DNA of 64,000 nt, from IMG/VR virus record IMGVR_UViG_3300032323_002211. One strand, written 5' to 3'. The stretch is from an uncultured virus (IMG/VR IMGVR_UViG_3300032323_002211) (lineage: Duplodnaviria; Heunggongvirae; Uroviricota; Caudoviricetes). Below are positions 9,006 through 17,599 of this stretch, piece by piece. A program made the position numbers and the translations under genes. Under the pieces are notes generated by a model. It ran no database searches, was not told the DNA's origin, and saw only the letters and a list, made by a program, of their open reading frames with translations. The first letter of the stretch is position 1; every line of letters starts with the position of its first letter.

Positions 9006-9501
9006 AATTTACAAAATATCCATAATGGTCATCCCCGCATAAATACTTCATTTGAGGGTATCTTTCTAAAAAGACATCTTTAGTCAAATCAGGCTGATGG
9101 TGTGTTTCATATACATTTTCGAACTCAGTGCCCTGCTCATACATATAAGGCACAGCTACTAAGCAAAGTTTATCTTTTGCAGTAATCTTATCTAGTAAGT
9201 TTTTAGCTTGAACAAAAGTAATGTGCTCTAACACATCACCCATAATTAGATAGTCATAACTGTCAAAATCAAACTCCAAAATGTCACCAAAAATTAGTTT
9301 ATTGTACTTACTATGCAGGTCAAACATTTCAGCGTATTTAGGGAATATTTCAATTCCGTCCATGTTTGGAAAGTCTGCTTTGAGCAAATGACTATAAGTG
9401 CCACATCCTGCACCTACGTCTAAAATACTTACTGAATTTTGTACATTTTTGATAAAATGGTCTTTAACCACGTCTTTGAATAAACCGTAACTGTAAGGCA
9501 T
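8992..9501 (-). CDS. Class I SAM-dependent methyltransferase
   Basis: ILDVGAGCGTY, DGIEIF, GDVLEHI. Confidence 0.85.
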   Translation of the reverse strand: MPYSYGLFKDVVKDHFIKNVQNSVSILDVGAGCGTYSHLLKADFPNMDGIEIFPKYAEMFDLHSKYNKLIFGDILEFDFDSYDYLIMGDVLEHITFVQAKNLLDKITAKDKLCLVAVPYMYEQGTEFENVYETHHQPDLTKDVFLERYPQMKYLCGDDHYGYFVNYDFA

Positions 9502-9510
9502 ATTTATGTT

Positions 9511-9741
9511 TTAGATTTCCCATTTATTTAGCGGACAGGCTTGTATACCTTTTGGGCTGAACACCTTTCCTTTTGTAGCACATCCGCACTCCGAACAATA
9601 TGAAATTGTGGTATCTACCCATTTATCACACTCCATACAAGTCTTTAATCTTATGGATGCAATTTCTTTTTGCTCTTCGGTAGCGGTTACCATAGTAGCA
9701 TAAGATTGTACTATTTCCTTTATTTTTTCTAAAGTAAACAT
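9511..9741 (-). CDS. Small Cys-rich protein (DUF6171-like)
   Basis: RLxxCxxC...CxxCGC...CPLNKW. Confidence 0.65.
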   Translation of the reverse strand: MFTLEKIKEIVQSYATMVTATEEQKEIASIRLKTCMECDKWVDTTISYCSECGCATKGKVFSPKGIQACPLNKWEI

Positions 9742-10736
9742 GATTTTTCCCCCACTTTTTTCATAAATTCAAAATATTTGTAGCTGCACCTGTCCTTCAA
9801 ATATGTAGAACCATCAGCAAAATATGGTAGCTGACTCATATAATTAGCTTTGTAAAATAATTCTTGTGAAACGTCTCCTGTTACACCTGCATTGTGCATA
9901 ATATATGCCTCGTCCCACTTACTTATATTATCTGTAGCCCATGCAAAATTTAGTTCAGGAATTATATTCGTGTTATATCCACGCATCCAAGCATTCCATG
10001 CAATAGCCCACATATCAGAACACCAAATTTGTAATTCATGGTGTGTAGGGTCTGCAATTTTCTTTTGCATATTTAGAGCGGTTATATCTTTGAAGAGCTT
10101 TTCGCAATCTTTTTCTACTTTGTCCCAAAATACCCAATCAACTCTTTTCATTAAGTATTGAGCACCACCTGCCTGATTTTCTCTGTTTCTTACTAATTCA
10201 GGATGTATGCCAACTATTTCGCACATAGTATTTAATACATCTTCCCCTTTAGAAACTACATAGTTATATCCTAAATAACCTATTGTATCTGATACATACC
10301 AATTCGTGTTATCATCACAAAGTGTGTGTATAAAGTCAGGGTATTTTGTGAATATGATGTCGCAATCATGGTAGAAAACGCACTCTTCCTCAAGCTGTGG
10401 ATATTTCTTGAAGTGTTGTTTTAGCACATTTGGTCTAATAGACGAAGTATAACTGAATGGATAAACCCTTGTATCTGTGTAATAAAAAAAGTCGGCAACA
10501 TCTTTATAACGCTGCTCGACCTTATTCATAATATCTAATTTGTCCTGAAAATCGGACTCGTTTGTATTGTAAGCTATCAGAATATCAATCTGATTATTCT
10601 CGTGTATACCTAAACTTTTAAAGTTTTCTAGCATAACCTCTACCTGCCACGCAAAATAGGGTATAGCAGGTTGTACACACATAAATGTTACATTCTTTTC
10701 CTTCATGGTTCTTTTTTTTATTAAAAATCTTCCCAA
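9729..10736 (-). CDS. GT-A glycosyltransferase resembling HPAT / peptidyl-serine galactosyltransferases
   Basis: FAWQVE, RPNVLKQHF, FYHDCDIIF (DxD), WCSDMWA. True start probably MKEKN (about 10706). Confidence 0.55.
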   Translation of the reverse strand: MGRFLIKKRTMKEKNVTFMCVQPAIPYFAWQVEVMLENFKSLGIHENNQIDILIAYNTNESDFQDKLDIMNKVEQRYKDVADFFYYTDTRVYPFSYTSSIRPNVLKQHFKKYPQLEEECVFYHDCDIIFTKYPDFIHTLCDDNTNWYVSDTIGYLGYNYVVSKGEDVLNTMCEIVGIHPELVRNRENQAGGAQYLMKRVDWVFWDKVEKDCEKLFKDITALNMQKKIADPTHHELQIWCSDMWAIAWNAWMRGYNTNIIPELNFAWATDNISKWDEAYIMHNAGVTGDVSQELFYKANYMSQLPYFADGSTYLKDRCSYKYFEFMKKVGEKSCLL

Positions 10737-10756
10737 ATATATGAAACCTTATTTTA

Positions 10757-11797
10757 TTAACAAGGTGTTTCTGTAGTTAATGTTCCATTACCACTTGTAA
10801 TCAGCCAATTGTTTGTACCATCAGCATAGTAGTTATCAGGAGCTAATGCACTTAAAGCACTATCTTGATACAATACGACACTATTAGCAAGTGTTGGAAC
10901 TGCTGCATAATATGTTATAGGAGCTATACCAAACTCAAGACAAGCGTTTGCTCCACTTACACCATCAACCCCTAAAGGAAAACCATAAAACGCTGCAGTA
11001 GTAGTCGTGGTGGTTGTACTAGTTGTCGGAGCTAACGTAGTTGTAGTAGTCGTAGTGGTAGTTGTTGGTGGCTCTGTTGTAGTAGTCGTAGTTGTACTAG
11101 TCGTAGGAGCTTCAGTCGTAGTAGTCGTGGTTGTACTAGTCGTAGGAGCTTCAGTCGTAGTAGTCGTAGTTGTACTAGTCGTAGGAACTACTACCGTTGT
11201 GGTAGTTGTTGTTGTACTAGTCGTAGGAACGTCTGTTGTTGTTGTTGTTGTTGTGCTAGTTGTAGGTGTTCCTGTGGTTGTAGTTGTTGTTGTACTAGTT
11301 GAAGGGAGAGTTGTACTTGTAGTTGTTGTACTTGTAGTAGGTACTCCTGTAGTCGTAGTAGTAGTCGTGCTTGTTGAAGGCAGAGTAGTAGACGTTGTGG
11401 TCGTACTTGTAGTAGGTACTCCTGTAGTCGTAGTAGTAGTCGTGCTTGTTGTAGTACCCGTTGCACAATCACTTACGTTACCATAAACATTAGTATCGTC
11501 TTGAGTATATAAATAATTAACTGAAGATATTGTTTCAGTACAGAAAAAACCAAACCCTAAAGCGTTTAAGGCTGATAAATAAGAATTAAGTGAGTTAGCT
11601 GTGTAACTTAGTGGATATGTAGCACCATTAATTACTATACTTCCTGTGCCACATGACAAGTTGATAGTCTGAATATTCCATGAATACTTTGTAGTAGCAT
11701 TAATAGAGTAAATATTCCTTTGTAATAAGGGAACATTTATATCACAATCTGTATTGTTTTTAACACTGAACTGTACTAATTCTTTTTTCTGTGCCAT
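10757..11797 (-). CDS. Mucin-like Thr-rich putative virion surface protein
   Basis: About 155-aa tract of PTTSTTTTTTT repeats between two globular domains; ends in PC. Confidence 0.75.
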   Translation of the reverse strand: MAQKKELVQFSVKNNTDCDINVPLLQRNIYSINATTKYSWNIQTINLSCGTGSIVINGATYPLSYTANSLNSYLSALNALGFGFFCTETISSVNYLYTQDDTNVYGNVSDCATGTTTSTTTTTTTGVPTTSTTTTSTTLPSTSTTTTTTTGVPTTSTTTTSTTLPSTSTTTTTTTGTPTTSTTTTTTTDVPTTSTTTTTTTVVVPTTSTTTTTTTEAPTTSTTTTTTTEAPTTSTTTTTTTEPPTTTTTTTTTTLAPTTSTTTTTTTAAFYGFPLGVDGVSGANACLEFGIAPITYYAAVPTLANSVVLYQDSALSALAPDNYYADGTNNWLITSGNGTLTTETPC

Positions 11798-11799
11798 AT

Positions 11800-12297
11800 T
11801 TATTCTTGGTCAATTAAGTAATTGCAATAGTCATCAAATATCTTTACTCCTTCAGCTTTTTCAACTTCTTCAAAGTTATTGTCTCCAAACTGCTCCAAAT
11901 CTCCACCCATATATTCAATTAGAGCAAACATTTTAAAATATACTAGCTCTTGAGCGTATAGATTGAATGTTAATGAAGAAAACCCGTCAAAAATAATTTC
12001 ATTAGGGCTAGTTTCATAGTAAATGGCAGGTTGGTCTTGGTATGGGTCTATTGCAAAAGCTAAATAACTGCTTATCTGATTACCTGCAGAATCAAAATGG
12101 GTGTAGAAAAATGGTTGGTTGATTTGCTTATATGTCGAAGATGACAAATAAAAGAACTCAGAACCATAGACATACGTTCCCAAACTTTGCATTAACTGAC
12201 TATACGTTATAGTTGGTGTACTAATACTGCTACTAGCAGGTACAGCCGATACCATAGGAAGTAATGCAGTAGAAGTAACTGAAGGTAACAAAGCCAT
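11800..12297 (-). CDS. Paralog of the capsid-candidate protein at 39659-40357
   Basis: Shares TY..L, QP....D..GNQ, IDPYQ.Q and DGF..LTF with the 232-aa protein. Confidence 0.65.
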   Translation of the reverse strand: MALLPSVTSTALLPMVSAVPASSSISTPTITYSQLMQSLGTYVYGSEFFYLSSSTYKQINQPFFYTHFDSAGNQISSYLAFAIDPYQDQPAIYYETSPNEIIFDGFSSLTFNLYAQELVYFKMFALIEYMGGDLEQFGDNNFEEVEKAEGVKIFDDYCNYLIDQE

Positions 12298-12299
12298 AA

Positions 12300-12629
12300 T
12301 TACATAATTTTATTTCCCTTTAAATCAGCAGCGAACAATCTTCCGCTACCTTTATCCTTATGGACTCTCATGCCATATTCTTTTGCAAATTCAGCGTTCA
12401 TGTCACCTAAAAAAGATACTGATTCACCTGCCTCTTGAGCAGATTTGTAAGCACTTAATACTACAGCAGCATTTTTTACTTCCTCTTCAGTAGGCTCAGA
12501 TTTTGATTTAGAGCTAGAACTTGTCTTTTTAGTAGAAGACCCACCAATAGGCATAATTTTCTTTATAGCCCAATAAAATAGGAATCCACCACCAAAGATT
12601 AAAAGTAGTTTTTTTGTATTAGTATTCAT
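12300..12629 (-). CDS. N-terminally anchored membrane protein
   Basis: KKLLLIFGGGFLFYWAIKK. Confidence 0.7.
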   Translation of the reverse strand: MNTNTKKLLLIFGGGFLFYWAIKKIMPIGGSSTKKTSSSSKSKSEPTEEEVKNAAVVLSAYKSAQEAGESVSFLGDMNAEFAKEYGMRVHKDKGSGRLFAADLKGNKIM

Positions 12630-12994
12630 TATTTACTATATTTTTTAACTAGAAAATATACACCAACTATTGCTAGAATACCGCCTACTAAGTATACAGT
12701 ACCCATTTTGATACCACCTACAAAGTCACCTTGTAATCTTTCTTTTTTGCTTGTATTTAAAATGTCGAGTGTATTGTTTGTTTCTGTAGGTGTCACTACT
12801 CCCTTCTTCGATAACAAGTCATTCAATACTCCTTGCAACTTATCCGTATTCTTTTTTAATAAGTCCATAGCTGCTTGTCCGTATTGACCACTACTGATAG
12901 CGTCAGAAACTTCGCTTAATTCAGATTTAATCTGATTAACTAAAACATCTTTTTTATCAGGAGTCAGTATTTGACCTTTTTTTATCTCTTCCAT
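12629..12994 (-). CDS. C-terminally anchored membrane protein
   Basis: C-terminal hydrophobic helix followed by KK. Confidence 0.7.
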   Translation of the reverse strand: MEEIKKGQILTPDKKDVLVNQIKSELSEVSDAISSGQYGQAAMDLLKKNTDKLQGVLNDLLSKKGVVTPTETNNTLDILNTSKKERLQGDFVGGIKMGTVYLVGGILAIVGVYFLVKKYSK

Positions 12995-12995
12995 A

Positions 12996-13385
12996 TTATT
13001 TATTTCTTTTTACTAAAATAGTTACTAAACCTACTACTACAATCAAACCACCAATACCCGCAAGAATATAAAGAGTTTTTTTTGTTTTTTCTTTTTCAGC
13101 TTGTAATCTACCTAAAGCATCAATTCTAGCAACATCTAGTTTACCTAATGTGTCACCTAAAATTTGTTGTCTAGCAGATTCACTATTAGCATCATTGAGA
13201 GCTTTGCTTAACGCAATTTTTTGGTCATAATCTAAAGAGGCTAAGTTTTGTTCAAACTTGCGTCTTTTATTCATATCACTAATTCCTGCTATTGCATTAG
13301 CAATATTTGCTACTGATTCTGCAGCAGCCAAACCAACACCAACAGGGGTTGCAGACAAAGCTGCACTTGAAGGATTTACGCTCAT
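12996..13385 (-). CDS. C-terminally anchored membrane protein, paralog of 13388-13786
   Basis: IAGISD..KRRKFEQNL..L..DQ..AL.KAL; C-terminal TM helix. Confidence 0.7.
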   Translation of the reverse strand: MSVNPSSAALSATPVGVGLAAAESVANIANAIAGISDMNKRRKFEQNLASLDYDQKIALSKALNDANSESARQQILGDTLGKLDVARIDALGRLQAEKEKTKKTLYILAGIGGLIVVVGLVTILVKRNK

Positions 13386-13387
13386 AT

Positions 13388-13786
13388 TTATGCTTTTTTA
13401 ACAATTATAGCAACAAGACCTATCCCTACTAGAATAAATGCTCCTGCTGCTAAATATGTATTGAATCTATTTTTTTTCTCTTTTTCCGTAACGTTAGAAA
13501 CCAATAAATCAATCCTTTTCGATTGCAAATCAGTCAATACGTCTCTTAATATTTTCATTCTCTCAGTCTCACTCTCAGCATCTAGTAACGCTTTACCTAA
13601 AGCTGCTTGTTGGTCTGAATTTAATAAATCTAAGTTTTGTGAAAATTTCTGCCTTTGTTTAGCGTCACTAACAGCAGCAATAGTTTTAGCAATATCAGTT
13701 ACGACACTAGTGCCACTTGCAATAGAACTAGAAATGTTAGCTGATATGATGGACTTATCTATTGAAGATATTGGTGTGCTTGACAT
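13388..13786 (-). CDS. C-terminally anchored membrane protein, paralog of 12996-13385
   Basis: IAAVSD..QRQKFSQNL..L..DQ..ALGKAL; C-terminal TM helix. Confidence 0.7.
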   Translation of the reverse strand: MSSTPISSIDKSIISANISSSIASGTSVVTDIAKTIAAVSDAKQRQKFSQNLDLLNSDQQAALGKALLDAESETERMKILRDVLTDLQSKRIDLLVSNVTEKEKKNRFNTYLAAGAFILVGIGLVAIIVKKA

Positions 13787-13789
13787 AAC

Positions 13790-14266
13790 TTATTTATTAC
13801 TAATTTTAAAAGGGTCTTGTCCGTAATAGTATGAGCCAAATGGGTCATTTTTTGGTGCAGCTACCAATTTAGGTAGATATTGGGTTTTAGACCAAACTAA
13901 GCCTCTTTTTGCAGCTATTGCATCAATTTCAGCTAAACTATCTACTTGAGTTTTACCTATAACAGATTTAAGTGCATTTTGAGTTTCAGTACCGAAATCA
14001 CCATCTGCTCCGAATTTAGAGAGTTTATCTGTACCAATAGCAAGTTGTAAACGCTGAACTAAAGCACCTTTAGAGCCTTTTTTTAGTGGGAATGTACTTG
14101 CAGTTGCAGTTGTACCGCCTCCGCTAGAAGTAGTGCCTCCGCTAGAAGTATCAATATTACCCTCGTTATCCATTACCGAAGGTGTCTTTTTCATAGACCT
14201 GATTATGTAATAAATGCCTACAATACCTAATGCTATCGGCAACCAATATTTTTTCCCCTTAGCCAT
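13790..14266 (-). CDS. Membrane-anchored protein with PG_binding_1 domain
   Basis: N-terminal TM helix; LKKGSKGALVQRLQ...ADGDFGTETQNAL. Confidence 0.75.
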   Translation of the reverse strand: MAKGKKYWLPIALGIVGIYYIIRSMKKTPSVMDNEGNIDTSSGGTTSSGGGTTATASTFPLKKGSKGALVQRLQLAIGTDKLSKFGADGDFGTETQNALKSVIGKTQVDSLAEIDAIAAKRGLVWSKTQYLPKLVAAPKNDPFGSYYYGQDPFKISNK

Positions 14267-14331
14267 ACAATTAAAATTTAGTATAAAAATAAATAAAATT
14301 ACCTACATACAGCATTTTTCGGATATTAAAT

Positions 14332-14369
14332 AAAAAAAATAGCCCAATTTCCGAAGATTTTGGGCTTTT
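14332..14369 (-). terminator. Rho-independent terminator
   Basis: AGCCCAA...TTGGGCT hairpin next to an A-run (U-tract on the minus strand), downstream of 14390-14611. Confidence 0.6.
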
Positions 14370-14389
14370 GTATGGGGGGAATGGGTATT

Positions 14390-14611
14390 TTAAGTCTTTT
14401 TTCTTTCTTTGAGACCAAATTTAATGTATTTATACCAAATTCGCTCATGAATATAATACTGAATAGGTTTATATAGTAATTCAGCTACTCCAAAGGCTGT
14501 TCCAACCTTTATTGAGCCACTAACCCACCACATAATCAAAAACCCGATTAATGTGCTCAAAAGCCTATAAGATATTGTTTTGGCTATGTGCCTTTTAGCC
14601 GATACTGCCAT
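14390..14611 (-). CDS. DUF2061-like small membrane protein
   Basis: RHIAKTISYR...YYIHERIW. Confidence 0.75.
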   Translation of the reverse strand: MAVSAKRHIAKTISYRLLSTLIGFLIMWWVSGSIKVGTAFGVAELLYKPIQYYIHERIWYKYIKFGLKERKKT

Positions 14612-14981
14612 TGTGTAACTGTTTAAGTTGTTCTCTGATTTTGGTAGCTGAAATTTCTGCTATTTCGGGTGGAACTGATAACTGCTCTACTTTATAGCCA
14701 ACGTCTCTGCCATAGTAAACACCTTCAATGTCAGGTATAATCTGAACTAGCATCATACCCTTATCCATCCATTCACTTGTTTCAGGGTCAGTAAAAAACA
14801 TAGTCATTACCTGCTGTGCAGTAAATGGGTTCTTTTGGTCTGTTGGAACGTCCCTTATTCCTATCAAAACAGGTACACCTTCGTTTATTTTCTTTCTAAA
14901 TAAGTATTTGTGACCCTCGTGAAGACTCTGATACCTTCCTATGAAAAGAGCATATTTCTTTGACGCATTCTTTGATTCCAT
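14595..14981 (-). CDS. HIGH-family nucleotidyltransferase (cytidylyltransferase-like)
   Basis: FIGRYQSLHEGH (HxGH), YGRDVGY, ISATKIR. Confidence 0.8.
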   Translation of the reverse strand: MESKNASKKYALFIGRYQSLHEGHKYLFRKKINEGVPVLIGIRDVPTDQKNPFTAQQVMTMFFTDPETSEWMDKGMMLVQIIPDIEGVYYGRDVGYKVEQLSVPPEIAEISATKIREQLKQLHNGSIG

Positions 14982-15393
14982 TATTTGTAGTATTTAATAT
15001 TAATAAATTAGACATTTCAAATTCGTTAGGTATGTCAAAATCTTTTACATGAAAAGACTCTCTGCCCCTTATATCACTATATTGTAGGTAAACCCATACA
15101 ATCTGACCTTTACAAAGCTCTTCTAAATATTCTCTAGCTTCTTTGATTGGATAAACAGCACTTACGATTACTTCGTAGTACTTGTTATTCATAAAAGTTG
15201 CTATGTCGCTTATCTTTTGTAAGTTCTTTATTCTCCCTTCTTTTGAAAAATCTTTATTCTTAAAAAGCTCTCTAATATCGTCTCCGTCTATGATTGGGGT
15301 TGATATGCCTCTTTCTAAAAATAGTTCTGATTGAACCTCTTTTGCTAGTGTTGTCTTACCACTGTGAGGCTGTCCAAAAATTATTGTAATCAT
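14896..15393 (-). CDS. cysC: Adenylyl-sulfate (APS) kinase
   Basis: GQPHSGKTT P-loop, IDGDDIR, DFSKEGRIKN, VSAVYP. Confidence 0.8.
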   Translation of the reverse strand: MITIIFGQPHSGKTTLAKEVQSELFLERGISTPIIDGDDIRELFKNKDFSKEGRIKNLQKISDIATFMNNKYYEVIVSAVYPIKEAREYLEELCKGQIVWVYLQYSDIRGRESFHVKDFDIPNEFEMSNLLILNTTNNGIKECVKEICSFHRKVSESSRGSQILI

Positions 15394-16211
15394 TTTGTAT
15401 ATCTAAATTGTTCGAAAAACCATTTATAATTATCATAAATCCATGCTGTAACATCCTTACCTAATAACTGCTTTGCTTTAGAAGGTACGGGCTCTAGTTT
15501 AGTTCTGATTACATGGTCACCAAACGTACCATAAACTTCGTCATCTTCTTTTGTGACTTGTTCTATGTTATCAAAATCGTGTTTGTAAAATGGTATATCT
15601 AAGTACTGATATATTCTTGTCATTTCAGTATCAGGATATAAACATAAATCCTCAAATTTTACAAAGAGCATTTTACTATCTATTCCCATTCTAAATATCT
15701 CTGAAAGCCTTTCTATTGCTAGACCTACAGGCTGTCCTGCAGCCCATATATCTACTCTTTTTGGAACGGTTGTACCTTGTCCTTTAGCCCAATCGAGTAT
15801 ATCAGATTGCTTTTCAGGGTGCTTTCTAAAATTGTTTTCCATAGATGCAAAAACGTCCCTCAAATCCCGAACCATGCAAATAATTTTAGGTTCATCTTGT
15901 CTTACAAATTGTAAAAAATCGTAGTGGATTCCCCACCCTCTAGATTTGTCTACTACATATTTTTTGTCTGTAATTGCATTATAAAAAGCGTTCATTCCTG
16001 CATTTGCAAAAGATTGCCAACCTTTTTTCATAAGTTCAGCGTCTTGAGCTATAAACTCAGGAGAAGTTGTGTAATTAGCTCTAGCTCCAAATATCAGTTC
16101 TAATACACCGCTTGTAGGGGTTGCATATATATCAGGGTTTTGAGCTAAGATATTCTGAAGCAAGGTCGAACCTGCTCTTGGTAGGCTTGATTGAAAGAAT
16201 AATTTTTCCAT
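15390..16211 (-). CDS. PAPS-dependent sulfotransferase
   Basis: SLPRAGSTLL (5'-PSB), VRDLRDVFAS (3'-PB), VKFEDL. Confidence 0.85.
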   Translation of the reverse strand: MEKLFFQSSLPRAGSTLLQNILAQNPDIYATPTSGVLELIFGARANYTTSPEFIAQDAELMKKGWQSFANAGMNAFYNAITDKKYVVDKSRGWGIHYDFLQFVRQDEPKIICMVRDLRDVFASMENNFRKHPEKQSDILDWAKGQGTTVPKRVDIWAAGQPVGLAIERLSEIFRMGIDSKMLFVKFEDLCLYPDTEMTRIYQYLDIPFYKHDFDNIEQVTKEDDEVYGTFGDHVIRTKLEPVPSKAKQLLGKDVTAWIYDNYKWFFEQFRYTK

Positions 16212-16582
16212 TATTTATAAGATTTTTCTTCTACTATTTCTGATTGATATTTAGTATTGATGGCTTTTTTAACCAAAGCCCTTTTATCATTGAATTTGTA
16301 TACATTTCTAGCAAGTTCAATAAAATCAGCACCAAAGTCTTTTGACCTTTCGTGTGAACGCTTAGAGTTCTCTATTTCCCAAAGAATGAGGTTAATCTTA
16401 TATAGCTTCTTAAATTCTTTCGTAGACGCATATTCTTTGTCTAGCTTGTGTGCTATTTTGCAGAGATAATTGTACTCTTTTAGTACGTTGTGCAGCTTTT
16501 CGGGTTCGGTGATTCTGAACCTTTTAATTTCGAGAATGGTTATTTTATCAAATAACTCACCCACGCTTACTTTTATGGTCAT
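16211..16582 (-). CDS. DUF6165-like protein
   Basis: VSVGELFDKITILEIK...LWEIE...ARNVYKFNDKRA...EEKSY. Confidence 0.75.
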   Translation of the reverse strand: MTIKVSVGELFDKITILEIKRFRITEPEKLHNVLKEYNYLCKIAHKLDKEYASTKEFKKLYKINLILWEIENSKRSHERSKDFGADFIELARNVYKFNDKRALVKKAINTKYQSEIVEEKSYK

Positions 16583-16654
16583 TTTGTTTATTTTGGTGTA
16601 AATGTAAATGTTTTAATCAAAATATAGTAAATTTATGCCGAAAAAAAACCATAA

Positions 16655-17596
16655 ATGAAGCCAATTTGTTTGAACCTCTCAGAGTGTAATGGGCTAGGTG
16701 ATTTAATATGTGCTACACCTACAATCAAAAAAATACACGATTCTTACGGACAAAAAATAACTGTACTATCCAAAATTCCTGAACTTTTTAAGACTAACCC
16801 TTATGTAGAGAAAAGTCTAAAATCAAGCTCTATAGATATAGACTATTTCAATGATAACTATTTGATGCACAATAGTTTTTATAACGTAGGCAAAAGAAAC
16901 GAAAGAGGTATTGAATACAAACACAACATGATGGATATTAGGCAGTTTCATGCCATCCACTTAGGCTTTATGCTAGGTAAACACGAAATGGAGTGTTTTT
17001 ATCAGCCCTTAACCCCTCTTACCATTGAAGTACCTGAAAAGTACGTTTTGATTCACCCCGTATCTACTTGGGAAAGTAGAACTTGGAAGGCTGAAAATTG
17101 GATGCAGCTTACTCAAAGCCTAAATGATTTGGGCTATAACGTAATATCTATAGGAAAGGATTCCTCAGAGACGGGATTTTTCAACGTAGAAAAACCTGTT
17201 TTTAATTTTGAAATTGAGAAGGGCATAAATCTAATGAACAAGACCTCTATTTCAGATTGTTGGCATCTTATAAATAAAGCACATTGTTTTGTGACTATGG
17301 ATTCAGGACTTTTACACTTAGCGGGAACTACCGACACCCACATTATTCATTTGGGCTCTTCTATAAAGCCTGAGTTTAGAATGCCATACAGAAAAGGCAG
17401 ACAAGGTGTTTACAAGTATGATTATGTAAGGGGAGGTTGTGGCTTAGAATGTGCTTCAGATATGAAATACGGTGTAAAACAATGGGGGGATATTCAGGGT
17501 ATAGCTCCCTTAATAAAATGCTTGGAAGATAAGCCTACTTACGAGTGTCATCCATTTGTAATTAACGTACTTAATAGAATTTTAGAAATAGAATAG
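16655..17596 (+). CDS. GT9 (heptosyltransferase-like) glycosyltransferase
   Basis: GLGDLICATP, HPVSTWESRTW, FVTMDSGLLHLAG. Confidence 0.8.
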   Translation: MKPICLNLSECNGLGDLICATPTIKKIHDSYGQKITVLSKIPELFKTNPYVEKSLKSSSIDIDYFNDNYLMHNSFYNVGKRNERGIEYKHNMMDIRQFHAIHLGFMLGKHEMECFYQPLTPLTIEVPEKYVLIHPVSTWESRTWKAENWMQLTQSLNDLGYNVISIGKDSSETGFFNVEKPVFNFEIEKGINLMNKTSISDCWHLINKAHCFVTMDSGLLHLAGTTDTHIIHLGSSIKPEFRMPYRKGRQGVYKYDYVRGGCGLECASDMKYGVKQWGDIQGIAPLIKCLEDKPTYECHPFVINVLNRILEIE

Positions 17597-17599
17597 TTT

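Noticed and set aside
11007..11486. Plus-strand poly-Val ORF and alternate-frame ORF 11191-11472
   Set aside because: Shadows of the Thr-repeat coding tract; low-complexity DNA lacks stops in other frames.
14896..14981. 86-nt overlap of APS kinase and nucleotidyltransferase as a programmed frameshift fusion
   Set aside because: The downstream gene has its own ATG and I saw no convincing slippery site plus structure; not excluded, but unsupported.
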